Source of the DNA: Lachnospiraceae bacterium
GTDB lineage: Bacteria > Bacillota > Clostridia > Oscillospirales > CAG-272
Direction: 5' to 3'
NCBI GenBank assembly: GCA_024404495.1
Contig: JAKSPT010000013.1
Span: 5,369 to 69,368, forward strand
DNA: 64,000 nucleotides
The position numbers and the translations under genes are program-made. A model generated the notes under the pieces. The model made no database searches. It was not told the origin of the DNA and was given only the letters and a program-made list of their open reading frames with translations. Below are positions 44,184 through 54,966 of this stretch, in pieces (the stretch's first letter is position 1; every line of letters begins with the position of its first letter).

Positions 44184-45338
44184 TCAATTTCCGTTGAAAT
44201 CACGGACGGCGCGGCACATCGCCTCGACGTTTTCGATCTTCGTGTCGTAGAACAGATAGTCCGAAGCGGCGAGGATGTGCTTTCTGCCCATCTTTTTCGC
44301 CATTTCGAGGATGTGCATCGACTTTTCGTAGATCACCTCGGGCGTGTCGTTCAGCAGGCTGTCGAGCCCGATATTGCCGCGCGTGCAGATCTCGGGAGAA
44401 AGCTTGGAGAAGGCGTCCTCGATGCTCTTCACGTTGCCGACAGGCGCCGGGGAAAGGGTCTCGAAGAGGTCGATGCCCATCTGATTGTAGTAGCCCTTCG
44501 TCAGCATCGGCTCGATCGGCGAGCAGATATGCGAATAGATCAGAAGCCCCGCCTTGTGCGCCATATCGGTGACGATCTTCGAATAGGGCACGAGGAATTT
44601 TTCGTAATACGCGGGAGAAATCATTTCGGCGCCGGGACCTCCGAGGAAGACGAAATCGCTGCCGCCCGCGGCAACGGCGGGAAGAAGCTTTTCGTCAAGG
44701 CGGAGAACCTTGTCCATCAGTTTTTTGAAGCGGTCCTCGTAGATCGAGGCAAAGATGGCGGTATCCTTGTTGCTCGGGAAGCAGAGCAGCTCGTAGGGCT
44801 GCATCGCCCACTGAATGTCGAGGGGATCGTCCTCGCCGATGTAATTCCTGCAGCCGCGCACGCCGTTTACGATCGGCGAAAAATCCTTCACCTCAAGGAG
44901 CGCGTCGAGATAATAGTCGAGAATATCGAGCTGTTTTTCCTCGTTCTCCGGGTCGTCCTCGTCCACGCCGATATACGCCTTGACCGGGCAGACGCCCATC
45001 AGCTCCTCCTCGATCGTGACCGACGTCAAATCGCCCTTTCCGGTGTGGAGAGTGTTCGTGAAGACGCGGCGCTTCCCTTCCTTTTCCACCCGCATTTCCC
45101 CGGTGATATTCAGCTCGGGCGTGAGGCAGGTGAGATCGGGAAGCCCCATATTGTAGAGCGGGGTCATATCGAAGGAGCGGCAGGCGGCGCGCGTGTCGTC
45201 CATCGTCGTGGAAGTGATCCACGTTTTTCCCGCGAGGCGGGTATCGAAGCCCGCGCCCGCGCCGATCTGCGGCGAGCAGAGGAACTTTTCGCCGCCGTTC
45301 TTTACGTAGTTTTTGAATAATTCACGGTTCGTCATCAT
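44184..45338 (-). CDS. UroD/MtaA-like methyltransferase family protein
   Basis: MISPAYYEKFLVPYSK, YSHIC (HxC), ETLSPAPVGN, RGNIG, HILAASD. Confidence 0.8.
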   Translation of the reverse strand: MMTNRELFKNYVKNGGEKFLCSPQIGAGAGFDTRLAGKTWITSTTMDDTRAACRSFDMTPLYNMGLPDLTCLTPELNITGEMRVEKEGKRRVFTNTLHTGKGDLTSVTIEEELMGVCPVKAYIGVDEDDPENEEKQLDILDYYLDALLEVKDFSPIVNGVRGCRNYIGEDDPLDIQWAMQPYELLCFPSNKDTAIFASIYEDRFKKLMDKVLRLDEKLLPAVAAGGSDFVFLGGPGAEMISPAYYEKFLVPYSKIVTDMAHKAGLLIYSHICSPIEPMLTKGYYNQMGIDLFETLSPAPVGNVKSIEDAFSKLSPEICTRGNIGLDSLLNDTPEVIYEKSMHILEMAKKMGRKHILAASDYLFYDTKIENVEAMCRAVRDFNGN

Positions 45339-45350
45339 AAACCCCCATAA

Positions 45351-46244
45351 TTATGGTTTTATTACTATTTTGCCGTCGAAGAGAATGAAGCCCTGCCCCC
45401 ATCCGGCGCGGTTTCCCTGCCGCAGCCACGCGGTATAGGCGGCGCGGAGGGGCGTATCGGTCGGGAGATCCTCCGGCTTTTTCCCGGCGTCGGCGTAATA
45501 GACCCGCCACGCGTCGTCAAAAACCTTCGATTCTCCCCACCGGGTGATATCGAAATCCCGCTGAAACGCGAGAATATTGGAGCCTTCGGGAAGGAATTCT
45601 TCGTGGCGCGGATAGAGCAGCCACGAATGGCAGAAGAGAGGCAGAACGCCGTCCCGTCGGTACTGCGGGTAGAAATCGTAGGCGCGTTTGTAGGAGTCGG
45701 TCACGGCTTCGTGCGGAAGTTTTCCGCGCGACGGAATGTGCATATTCACGATCGTGTCGCCCTTTTTCAGCCCGAAGGCGGGATAATCCTCGTCGATATC
45801 GTAATTCTCGAACTGGAGTCTGCCGAGCGCGAAGCGCGTCATCTCAAAGAAACGCGGGAACCACGCGGCGACGAAGGAGCCCCAGATCCCGTACATCCGG
45901 TAACACTCGAAGAGCTTGCACCGTAAATCATCCATCGAATCGTGCCAGATATCGCGGGAGATCCCCGCCGCGCGGTAACGGTCAAGCAGCGGCTCGGAAA
46001 GGAGCAGGTACAGAAGGAACTGCGTTTCATAAGGGCTGAGACCGACCGTTCCGGCGAGCCTTCCGGCTTCGTCAAGGGCTTTCCCGTGGTCGGTTTTCCC
46101 GGTTTCCCGGTATTCCTTCAGATACTTTTCGATTTCCGGTCTGCCCTCGGTCAGCTTTGCCGCGCGAAGCAGGGATTCCCGGGCTTCCTTTGGATATCCG
46201 AATTCCTCAAAGAACCCGTTCAGATAGTTTTCCCTGTTACTCAT
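45351..46244 (-). CDS. Acyltransferase-domain (GNAT-like, DUF5596-type) protein
   Basis: FALGRLQFE, NMHIPS.GKL, CHSWLL, SNILAFQ. Confidence 0.75.
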   Translation of the reverse strand: MSNRENYLNGFFEEFGYPKEARESLLRAAKLTEGRPEIEKYLKEYRETGKTDHGKALDEAGRLAGTVGLSPYETQFLLYLLLSEPLLDRYRAAGISRDIWHDSMDDLRCKLFECYRMYGIWGSFVAAWFPRFFEMTRFALGRLQFENYDIDEDYPAFGLKKGDTIVNMHIPSRGKLPHEAVTDSYKRAYDFYPQYRRDGVLPLFCHSWLLYPRHEEFLPEGSNILAFQRDFDITRWGESKVFDDAWRVYYADAGKKPEDLPTDTPLRAAYTAWLRQGNRAGWGQGFILFDGKIVIKP

Positions 46245-49200
46245 AGAACACCGTGAACGCGGTCAGCGCGCCGCCCCAACCCTTGGAGGTGTCGGAATTG
46301 GCGATGCGGATATAGAGCGCGTCCTTTCCTTCTACGTATTTTTCGGCGGAAACCGCGATCTTCGCCTTGTTCCCGTTGCCCTCGAAGCGGTAGCCGTGCT
46401 CCTCCTCGAAGTTTTGGATCACCGCCCACTTTTTCCCGTCGGAGGAGACCTCGATCAGATAGTTCTGGCAGACCTCAAGCAGCACCACGGCGTTTTCGTA
46501 TTCGTTCAGATCGAAGCGGTAGATCAGTTCTTTGTTCAGATCGCAGAACTTGCAGTCGCCGTTCGCGTTCGAGGTATCGGTCACGACAAATTCCCTGTCG
46601 TCGTTCAGATGCGTGGAATTGACGGTGATCTTTTTCTGCTTCATTCCGGCATAGTCGGAAGCATCCGCGTCGGTCGGTTCAAACGCGGGACGCCCGCCGC
46701 CGTACGCGGTCTCGCCCTCATAGAGCTTGTAGCGCACGTTGATCGAAGAGATCGAACCGCCCCAGCCGTCGGACGGATTGCAGTCGGTAATGCGGACGTA
46801 AAGCTCACTTGCGTCCTTGCCGTAGATCGAGGGATAGAAGGAAAGGAGGATATCGTTTCCGCCGCCCTTGAGGGTGCCGTTATACCCTTCGGTCTTGGAA
46901 TAATCGGCGATGGTATTCCATTTTTTGTTGTCGGTCGACCATGCGACGAGGTAATTCTGACAGATTTTCATCGTGACCGTCGCCTCGTGGAAGACCGTGA
47001 GGTCAAAGCGGTACACCAGTTTTCCGCCCGCGTCGGCAAAGCGGAGAGAATCGTTCGATCCGCCCTGATTGACGGTGAGGAAGTCCTTATCCTCGTTTTT
47101 ATTATTGGTCAGAACGCTGAACTCGGCGTAATTTGCCTTTTCGGTATCGTCAACCTTCGTTTTTCCCCACGTTACGGTGACCGTCACGCCCTTCACGCCG
47201 CCGGGAACGGTGATCTGCAGGGAGTCGGTATCGGTTTTCCAGATATAATCGGGCTCGAAGGGAATCCCGCCGACAGGCTCGGCGAGGACACTTGCGGGAT
47301 AGGTACCGTCGGCGCAGAGGAAGGTCATCGCGATATTGCTTCCGTCCGGTCCGCTGAGGGTCAGCACCGTTTTCTCTGCGGTCTCGGTCTTGCTTTCGGT
47401 CGTGCCGCCGGCAAAGCCGACGCGCGGGACCGAAAGGTCAACAGACGAAATATCGTAAAGCAGCGCACTGCCGTTTGCCTTGATCTCCTTGCCGGAGATC
47501 ACGGGAAGAGACGGGTCAAGCAGGTCGATGAACGAGCCGACGAGCGCGTTTTTCTTACCGATGCCGTGCGCGGCAACGAGGTTCCCGCGTTTGGTCCACA
47601 TCAGGGAAGCCGGAGAATAACCGAGGTCGGTGAAGGAATCCGCAGCGAACGCGGTCAGCGTTCTTACGATTTCACTGCCGTTTTTCAGTTCGGGGAAATA
47701 CGCGGAGGGAACGCCGCACAGAACGACGTGACCCTTCCCCGCCTCCTCGACGGTGCCGATCACGTTATCGTCCATCGTCAGAATCGGCGTCGTAGCGCCC
47801 TCGAATCCCGCGAGCCAGCCTTCCGACTGTGCAAGCGCGAAACCGCCCGCAGAGGCGTAAGTCTTGTCGCCGACCCATTTTGCGTTCTTGCCGCTGCCGA
47901 CCTTCAGCGTCGTGACCGTGAGGTCCAGTCCGAGCCTGTCGATCAGCCCCTGCAGAGGAGAGCCGCTGTCTTTCCACCAGTCATATCCGGTGACCTCATA
48001 CTTGTCGTGCCCGCCGAGATAAAGCAGCGTGCCGCCGTTTTTCACCCATTCGCAGATCGCGTCGCAGGTCGCTTCCGCGGTCGGCTTCTGGATATCCCAC
48101 GAGGCAATGAGAAGGGTGACGTCCTTCAGGTCGTCGGCGCTCTTCACGTTTTCCATAGAAAGGACTTTGAGAGGGATGCCGTCCGAGATCAGGGGCAGGG
48201 TCACGCCGTAATAGCCGTCCTTCGAGGAGAGCGACCAGCTGCTGCCGAACTGCCATGAGAGCGAATCCGAAAGGAGATAGGCGATGCCGGGCGTGCCCGC
48301 GCTGTACGTGATCTTCTTCCCCGCCATCTCGTTCAGCGCGGCAAAGATCGAAAGCTGTACGGTACGGTAGCCCGACGTGACCGCTTCAAAGCCGCGTCCG
48401 GGCCATACCGACGCCTCGAAACGGTGGATCTCGGGCTGCATCAGCGCGGCGACGAGGTTATCCTGATAAACCGGGAAATAATAATCCTCATCGTCCGGGG
48501 TCGAACCGTCCGCCATCGTATCGGTGATGGCGAAGAGATCAAGCTTGCCCGAAGCGCCCGCAAAGGAGGCGTAGCCAAGATAGGAGCTTTCAAACGGCTT
48601 CTGTACGCTCTTTCCGTTTTCCTTCAGCGAAACGAGCGAGGTATTGGTCCAGGTCTGCCCGATCACGCCATCGATCTTGCCCGAGGCAAGGTAGGTATTG
48701 AGGCCCGCCGTGATCTGAATGGCGGTATAGCTCGCGGTCGAGTGACTCGCGACGTAGACCTTCGTCTTCGGGGAAGCCTTATGAATGCGGTCGGCGATCT
48801 CGGAAAGAACGCGGTCGAAGAGATAAACCTTCAGACGCATCGTTTTCAGCATCGCTTCGGGAGAAGCGTTCTGCGGCTGCCAGTCCTCGCCGTAATATTC
48901 CTCCCACTCCCGCTTGAAGCCCTCGGAATAGCCCGAGGCGTACCACATTTCGGGTTCCTCGAAGGTGATCGAATCGAGGTCGTATTTCGTGACCGCCGCC
49001 GAAACGATCTCCCAGATGTATTCGGTCCAGTTCTCGGTCGGGACCATATAATAGACCTTATCCGAGGTGGAATGGGTGATGTATTTGCCCTGTGCGTCGG
49101 TCTGGATATCGCCGTAGTTCGCTTTGTCGCGCAGAACGTAATCGTTCGAGTCGCGGTTGATCGGCATCATCACGTTGATGGAGTAATAATCCTTCGCGTC

Positions 49201-49623
49201 GAGCCAGCTTTTCAGAACGGTGTCGATGCTCGACGGCACGGAAAGGTACGCCATGACCGCCTCGGTGTTGATGCGCTGACTCGGACGGTATTTGTCTCCG
49301 GTCTGGAAGGTGGTGACAGCCCCCTCCACCTTCAGCGCCTCGTAATTGACCATATACTCGTTGACCGCCTCGGCAAGCCCCGCAGGCGCCGTCGCGCCCG
49401 GCTGGACCGCGATGCCGTTCACGATCTCGTATTTCCGTTTTGTGATATCGGTGTTCGTCACGGTTTCTTCCTCTTTTCCGTTTCCTGTCGTTTCCGCGGC
49501 TGTTTCCGCGGATGTGTTTCCTCCGGTTTCGTTCCCCGGTCCGGGCGCTGCCGGTTTACACGCCGTGAGCAGGGTCACGGCAAGGAGCAGAAGGGCGAAA
49601 AGCGTTTTTCCCGTTTTTTTCAT
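46237..49623 (-). CDS. Large lipoprotein: putative glycoside hydrolase with two C-terminal repeated beta-sandwich modules
   Basis: Lipobox LTAC, T/E-rich linker, barrel-like region (ITFEEPE), GATase-like segment (EWVKNGGTLLYLG) and a duplicated C-terminal module. Confidence 0.65.
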   Translation of the reverse strand: MKKTGKTLFALLLLAVTLLTACKPAAPGPGNETGGNTSAETAAETTGNGKEEETVTNTDITKRKYEIVNGIAVQPGATAPAGLAEAVNEYMVNYEALKVEGAVTTFQTGDKYRPSQRINTEAVMAYLSVPSSIDTVLKSWLDAKDYYSINVMMPINRDSNDYVLRDKANYGDIQTDAQGKYITHSTSDKVYYMVPTENWTEYIWEIVSAAVTKYDLDSITFEEPEMWYASGYSEGFKREWEEYYGEDWQPQNASPEAMLKTMRLKVYLFDRVLSEIADRIHKASPKTKVYVASHSTASYTAIQITAGLNTYLASGKIDGVIGQTWTNTSLVSLKENGKSVQKPFESSYLGYASFAGASGKLDLFAITDTMADGSTPDDEDYYFPVYQDNLVAALMQPEIHRFEASVWPGRGFEAVTSGYRTVQLSIFAALNEMAGKKITYSAGTPGIAYLLSDSLSWQFGSSWSLSSKDGYYGVTLPLISDGIPLKVLSMENVKSADDLKDVTLLIASWDIQKPTAEATCDAICEWVKNGGTLLYLGGHDKYEVTGYDWWKDSGSPLQGLIDRLGLDLTVTTLKVGSGKNAKWVGDKTYASAGGFALAQSEGWLAGFEGATTPILTMDDNVIGTVEEAGKGHVVLCGVPSAYFPELKNGSEIVRTLTAFAADSFTDLGYSPASLMWTKRGNLVAAHGIGKKNALVGSFIDLLDPSLPVISGKEIKANGSALLYDISSVDLSVPRVGFAGGTTESKTETAEKTVLTLSGPDGSNIAMTFLCADGTYPASVLAEPVGGIPFEPDYIWKTDTDSLQITVPGGVKGVTVTVTWGKTKVDDTEKANYAEFSVLTNNKNEDKDFLTVNQGGSNDSLRFADAGGKLVYRFDLTVFHEATVTMKICQNYLVAWSTDNKKWNTIADYSKTEGYNGTLKGGGNDILLSFYPSIYGKDASELYVRITDCNPSDGWGGSISSINVRYKLYEGETAYGGGRPAFEPTDADASDYAGMKQKKITVNSTHLNDDREFVVTDTSNANGDCKFCDLNKELIYRFDLNEYENAVVLLEVCQNYLIEVSSDGKKWAVIQNFEEEHGYRFEGNGNKAKIAVSAEKYVEGKDALYIRIANSDTSKGWGGALTAFTVFYE

Positions 49624-49749
49624 TTCGTTTTCCTTTCCTGTCAGAAAGCGTGATTCGTCGTTGCTTTCAGTATATCACGAAGCGCCGAAAAAAGCAATGA
49701 GAAACCGGAAATCCCAACCGTTATTTTTGTAAAAAAGCGATAAATTCCC

Positions 49750-49778
49750 TTGCAATAAAGCCGGAAGTCTGTTACAAT
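49750..49778 (+). promoter_or_regulatory. Sigma-A promoter of the large GH2 gene
   Basis: TTGCAA-17-TACAAT with extended TG. Confidence 0.65.
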
Positions 49779-49809
49779 AAAAAAAACGGGCAAGGCAAGG
49801 TTTCTCCCG

Positions 49810-52800
49810 ATGACCGAGTACGAAATATACGACAAAGGTCTCCGCCGCAAGCTCTGTCTGAACGGACTGTGGGAGTTCGCGCCCTCCTCCGGGGCGATCA
49901 CCGACCTGCCGGAGACATTCGACACGGTACCGATCAAGGTCCCGTCTCCCTACAATATCAACGCCTTCATGGGCTCACATTTCCGCCGTTACGCCGGAAA
50001 CGAGGAGGTTTACGTGCAGGGCGGCGATTTCCGCCTTTACCCCGAATATCCCTCCCGGTGGGAAAAGGCGAAATGCGGCTTTTACCGCCGCTCCTTCGGG
50101 CTGAAAAAAGAGCCCGGAAGACGGTATTTTCTCCGTTTTGACGCAGTCGCCTTCCATTGCTTTTTCTATCTGAACGGCGTCCTGCTCCGTGAAACGACCG
50201 AGGGGTTCCTCCCGATCGAGATCGAGATCACCGAAACCGCGAACGACGGCGAAAACGTCCTTCTCGTCGCCTGCGAGAGCGCAGGATATCTCACCTACAA
50301 GGGAAAAGACGGGCGCAACCGCCTCGACTTCCCGCGCGGCTCCTTCTTCGGGGAGTTCGTTTCGGGAATATGGCAGGACGTATGGCTGATCGAGCGCCCC
50401 GCCTCGTATATCACCGACGTCTTTCCGGTCACCGACACCCGCGACCGCTCCCTGACGGTGAAGACCGAAGCCGAAGCACCGGACGGCGCTTCCCTCTCCT
50501 TCTTCCTTAAAAAGTGGAGTCCCGACGGCAATCACGGGGAGGAAAGGGCGCTCGGCTCCTGCCCGGTCAGTACCGATCCCTTCGTATGGCATTGGACGGA
50601 AAACGAGATCGACCTCTGGGATTCGTTTGAACCGAACCTTTATCTTCTCACCGCCGTGCTCGAAAAGGACGGACAGACACTCGACCGAAAGACCGTCCGT
50701 ATCGGCTTCCGCACGATGTGGGCGGAGGGCGAAAAGCTGATCCTCAACGGCAGACCGATCAAGCTGAAGATCGACGCGTGGCATTACCTCGGCTACACCG
50801 TACAGACGCCGGAGTTTGCCCACGCCTACTATCGGATGGCAAGGGACGCCGGAGTAAATATCATCCGTCTCCACGCGGAGCCCTTCCCCGAGTTCTTTAT
50901 CGACATCGCCGACGAGACCGGTATGATGATCGTTTCGGAAAGCGCGGTGTGGGCTTCCCACTGCTGCTTCAGCTACAGTCCCGATTTCTTTGAAAATTCC
51001 AAAAAGCACCTGATCTCGATGCTTCTGCGCGACCGCAATCACCCCTCCGTCGTCACGTGGAGCCCCGAAAACGAGTGCGTTCCCGCCTACCATTTCTGCG
51101 GTTCGGACTACGTGAAGTCCGTGGCGGAGCTTGAGGATAAAATATGGGATTTCGTCAAGGTCATATACGACTGCGATACCTCCCGCCTCGTGAGCTGCGA
51201 CGGCTCGGGCGACCTAGGCGGGCGTCTGCCGCTGAACTCGATCCACTACCCGCACTACGACTGCCCGACGAAACGGGGAAAACCGATCACGATCGGCGAA
51301 ATGGGCAGTATGTACTATTCCACGCCCGACGAGGTGACCGGAGAATACGGCAGGGACGCGATCGAAAGCTTTGACGGGCGGCTCCGTGCCGTTGCCGAGG
51401 AGGCGCATCACGATCTGATCGGCGAACGGAAATGGGCGGCGCAGGTCTGCGTTTTCAATCTCCTCTGGTACGGGCTCCGTCCCCTTCCCTTTGCAGACAG
51501 ACTTCTTTCCTACGACGACTATACGACCCCCGGCATCAAGCCCTCCCGCGTCACGCCCTATATGCGGACGCTGAACGCGGGCGCCGATCCCCTTCTTCCC
51601 GATTACGTCCCGAATCCCGTCTGGGAATCTGCCGCCGACGCCTACGTTCCCGCGCGCGCCTTCGGCGAGCATCTGCCCTCCTTCGTCTATACGGGAGAGG
51701 AATATTCCTTCCCCGTCACCGTCTTCAACGATCTGCGCGAGGCGCACGTCTTCACGCTCACCGCGTCGCTCGACGGCAGGACCGTGACGAAAGAACTTTC
51801 GGTCGAAGCTGCGGAATACGCCGAGCTGACCGTTCCCTTCACGCCGGAAACCGAAGGACCTCTCACGCTGACGCTCACGCTTTCGGCGGAGGGAAAGGAG
51901 CTGCATTCCTGCTCCTATCCGCTGACCGCGCTGAATAAAGAAAAGACTGCGGTCTTCCCCTTCCCGGTCGTCACCGAGGGCGATCTGCCCGAGGGAAAAG
52001 CGGTCATCGACTGCCGGAACGCGCAGCCTTACGGCGAAATGATGATCGGGACGCGGCAGAAGAGCTTCTTCTGCGGCAGAGAGCGGATCTCCTATCCCGA
52101 TCCCGTCCCCTGCCACGTCTTCCCGGCAAGCGCCCTGTTCCCGGGCGAGCCGGTCCTGACCGACGGAAAAGGCAACGCCGTCGTTCTCTCCCTGCTCTGC
52201 GCGGGCGAGCGGCGTCTGATCTCCGGTCTCGACCTCTCGAAGAACGATCCGACCACCGCGTATCTGCGCGGAAAAGTATCGGAAGCGCTAAAAAAAGAGC
52301 CCTCCGTACCCGAAAAGCCCTATTTCCTCGGCGATCCCGCGTCCGAGACCGCTTCGGTGCTCGAAGCGCTCGGCTGTGAGCCCGACTATATCGACGAAGC
52401 GACGCTGGAAACTCTGCTTGACGAAAAGCAGTCCCGGCTGCTCGTTATCGACGCGCCGTTCGACCGGTATTCCCTCTTCTCGGCAAACAATTTCTCCCGC
52501 GTGTTCGTTTCCTGCCCGGCCGCGATCCCGCGCGTCTTCCGGAACGAGCTCCGTTTGACGGGGCGCAATTTCTGCCACATCATCCCGGAAGAGGGCGAAG
52601 GGGATTCCTTCGGGCTGTCGTCGAACGCGCTCTACGGCATGGAGCCCGGAAACGAGCAGATCCTCTGCCGGAACTCCTTTGAATGCACCCGAAACGAAGA
52701 CATCCTCTTCGGCGTCCCGGACGTCAACTTTATGGCGTGGAACCATATCGGTGAGCCGCTGAAAACGGTCGCCGTCGCCCGTACCGAAAAGACCGACAAC

Positions 52801-53832
52801 CGGATGACCGCCGCGCTTGTGAAAAAGACCTATGCCGGGAGCGATATCTACCTTTCGACCCTCCTCCCGAACGCGGATTCCCCGAAAATGAAGAATATCT
52901 GGGCGCGTCTCCTCTCCCGCTTCGGCGTGAAATTCGAGATGCACTCGGGAGACGAGTTCACCGATATGATTTTCTCGGGTGTCTATTCGGGCGGAACGGT
53001 CAGAAAGGCGCTCGCCCGCTCCTTTACGGAGGACGAAGACCTGACCTCGGTCCTCCCCGGCGTCAATACGGTCGAAAACGGTTCCGCGTGGCGGATCGTC
53101 AGAGAAAGCGACAGAGTGAGAGAAAAAACGCTCTACGCATTCAGTATTTCCTCGCCGCAGGACCGCCGCGATCTGCTCCTCAACCCCGACTATATCAACG
53201 CGGAAATATCCGCGGCGTCGGACTGTACCGTTTATCTGAACGGTGAAGCGCTCGGCACAGGAAAAGACTTACGGCTGACCGGAATCCCGCTCGCCTCCGG
53301 CACGAACAGAATGGTTCTTGCCGTTCCCGGCAGCGCCCCGATGCCGAAGATCTCTTTCACGAGAGTGAAATCGCCCCGCCTCGATCTTTCCTTCTCCCTC
53401 CGCGCCGACAAGCTCGCCCCGATCCCGATGAAGGGGATCACGTGGAAAGGCAGCGTCAATCCCGATTACGCCTCCCACGCCTCCTTCACCCGCGATCATT
53501 TCTGGCCGACGAACTGCTCGCAGCGCCCCGGGATCACGCTTGATTTCACCTTCCCGGAGGAGATCACCGCGCGCGGGCTCCGCTTCTATTCGGTCAAGTT
53601 CCGCAACGACGGCGACCCCTATCTGCCCGCAGGCTTCCGCATCCTCGCGGGTCCCGATACCGATCACCTTGCGCCGGTCTGGGAATCGCTTTCCGAAAAG
53701 GAAATGTTCTATCCCCGCGCCCGCGTTTTCGTGGAGTTCGGAAAAACGGTCACCGCGCGTTCCTTCCGCATCGAGCTGACCGCCTCCGCGCCGCGCGAAT
53801 TCGTCGTGGAAGACCTTTTGCTGTTCAGATAA
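49810..53832 (+). CDS. GH2 family glycoside hydrolase with long C-terminal extension (1340 aa)
   Basis: LNGLWEF, LRFDAV, GIWQDV, RIGFRT, NIIRLH, RDRNHPSVVTWSPENE, IGEMG. Confidence 0.88.
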   Translation: MTEYEIYDKGLRRKLCLNGLWEFAPSSGAITDLPETFDTVPIKVPSPYNINAFMGSHFRRYAGNEEVYVQGGDFRLYPEYPSRWEKAKCGFYRRSFGLKKEPGRRYFLRFDAVAFHCFFYLNGVLLRETTEGFLPIEIEITETANDGENVLLVACESAGYLTYKGKDGRNRLDFPRGSFFGEFVSGIWQDVWLIERPASYITDVFPVTDTRDRSLTVKTEAEAPDGASLSFFLKKWSPDGNHGEERALGSCPVSTDPFVWHWTENEIDLWDSFEPNLYLLTAVLEKDGQTLDRKTVRIGFRTMWAEGEKLILNGRPIKLKIDAWHYLGYTVQTPEFAHAYYRMARDAGVNIIRLHAEPFPEFFIDIADETGMMIVSESAVWASHCCFSYSPDFFENSKKHLISMLLRDRNHPSVVTWSPENECVPAYHFCGSDYVKSVAELEDKIWDFVKVIYDCDTSRLVSCDGSGDLGGRLPLNSIHYPHYDCPTKRGKPITIGEMGSMYYSTPDEVTGEYGRDAIESFDGRLRAVAEEAHHDLIGERKWAAQVCVFNLLWYGLRPLPFADRLLSYDDYTTPGIKPSRVTPYMRTLNAGADPLLPDYVPNPVWESAADAYVPARAFGEHLPSFVYTGEEYSFPVTVFNDLREAHVFTLTASLDGRTVTKELSVEAAEYAELTVPFTPETEGPLTLTLTLSAEGKELHSCSYPLTALNKEKTAVFPFPVVTEGDLPEGKAVIDCRNAQPYGEMMIGTRQKSFFCGRERISYPDPVPCHVFPASALFPGEPVLTDGKGNAVVLSLLCAGERRLISGLDLSKNDPTTAYLRGKVSEALKKEPSVPEKPYFLGDPASETASVLEALGCEPDYIDEATLETLLDEKQSRLLVIDAPFDRYSLFSANNFSRVFVSCPAAIPRVFRNELRLTGRNFCHIIPEEGEGDSFGLSSNALYGMEPGNEQILCRNSFECTRNEDILFGVPDVNFMAWNHIGEPLKTVAVARTEKTDNRMTAALVKKTYAGSDIYLSTLLPNADSPKMKNIWARLLSRFGVKFEMHSGDEFTDMIFSGVYSGGTVRKALARSFTEDEDLTSVLPGVNTVENGSAWRIVRESDRVREKTLYAFSISSPQDRRDLLLNPDYINAEISAASDCTVYLNGEALGTGKDLRLTGIPLASGTNRMVLAVPGSAPMPKISFTRVKSPRLDLSFSLRADKLAPIPMKGITWKGSVNPDYASHASFTRDHFWPTNCSQRPGITLDFTFPEEITARGLRFYSVKFRNDGDPYLPAGFRILAGPDTDHLAPVWESLSEKEMFYPRARVFVEFGKTVTARSFRIELTASAPREFVVEDLLLFR

Positions 53833-53844
53833 AGGAGAACCGAC

Positions 53845-54939
53845 ATGAAAATCACCGACATCGACAGGAATTTTGAGATCGTTTCCACCCCTTCGGGCGA
53901 AACGTTCGAGGAATATACGGTCCCCGATCCCCGCTTTGCCCTCTCCGGCGTCTTCTTTGAGGAGAGCACCGACCGCTTCGTCCGGATGCCGTCAGAGATC
54001 GCCGAAAAGGTCAATCCGGGCGTGAAGGGGCTGAACGGTCACACCGCGGGCGGCAGACTCCGCTTCACGACCGACGCGAAAAAGATCTCGCTGACCGTCA
54101 CCTACGACAATCTGACCGTTTTCCCGCATATGCCGCTTTCCGGCTCGGGCGGATTCGCCCTGCTCGAAGAGACCGAACGGGGCTATTTCCACCGCGCCGC
54201 CTTCATTCCCCCGGTATGGAGCGGCGGAGACAACGGCTCGGCGCACGGTTTTTCTGCCGTGAAGGATCTCCCCGGCGGGGGGATGCGGAAATACGTTCTG
54301 TTCTTCCCCTCCTATAACGACGTCCGCTCGCTGAAGATCGGATTCCCGGCGGGAACGAAGGTCGAGGCAAGCGCTCCGCTCCGTCCGGAGGTCAAGCCGA
54401 TCCTTTATTACGGCTCCTCGATCACGCAGGGCGGGTGCTCCACGAGACCGGACAACGCCTATCAGTCCTATATCTATAAGCGGAACGGCATCGACTTCAT
54501 CAATCTCGGCTTCTCGGGCTCCGCGCGTGCCGAAAAGACCATCGTCGATTACCTCGCGTCGCTCGATCCCTCGGTTTTCGTCGTCGATTACGACCACAAT
54601 TCCCCGGGCGCGGACTATCTGCGGCAGACGCACTATCCGTTATACAAGACCTTCCGTGACGCGCACCCCGATACCCCGATGATCCTGATCTCCGCGCCCG
54701 ACAACGACGGTGAAACGCCGACTTGGCTCGAACGCGCGGCGGTCGTCCGTGAGACCTACGACCGCGCGGTCGCCGAAGGGGATAAAAACGTCTATTTCAT
54801 CGACGGAAAAGAGCTGTTCGAGGGCGCCGACCGCGGAAGCTGTACGGTCGACCGCACGCACCCGAACGACCTCGGCTTCTGGCTCTTCGCAAAGAAGGTC
54901 TACGCAAAGCTGATCGAAATTGACCCGGTTTTCCGGTAA
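53845..54939 (+). CDS. SGNH/GDSL hydrolase (esterase)
   Basis: YYGSSITQG, NLGFSGS, DYDHN, DRTHPNDLG. Confidence 0.92.
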   Translation: MKITDIDRNFEIVSTPSGETFEEYTVPDPRFALSGVFFEESTDRFVRMPSEIAEKVNPGVKGLNGHTAGGRLRFTTDAKKISLTVTYDNLTVFPHMPLSGSGGFALLEETERGYFHRAAFIPPVWSGGDNGSAHGFSAVKDLPGGGMRKYVLFFPSYNDVRSLKIGFPAGTKVEASAPLRPEVKPILYYGSSITQGGCSTRPDNAYQSYIYKRNGIDFINLGFSGSARAEKTIVDYLASLDPSVFVVDYDHNSPGADYLRQTHYPLYKTFRDAHPDTPMILISAPDNDGETPTWLERAAVVRETYDRAVAEGDKNVYFIDGKELFEGADRGSCTVDRTHPNDLGFWLFAKKVYAKLIEIDPVFR

Positions 54940-54966
54940 TATCAACCAGTCAGGGAGACGAAAACG

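Noticed and set aside
46584-46600. CGACAAATTCCCTGTCG resembling the cassette palindromic sites
   Set aside because: It is inside a coding sequence with the wrong spacer length, so it is probably chance.
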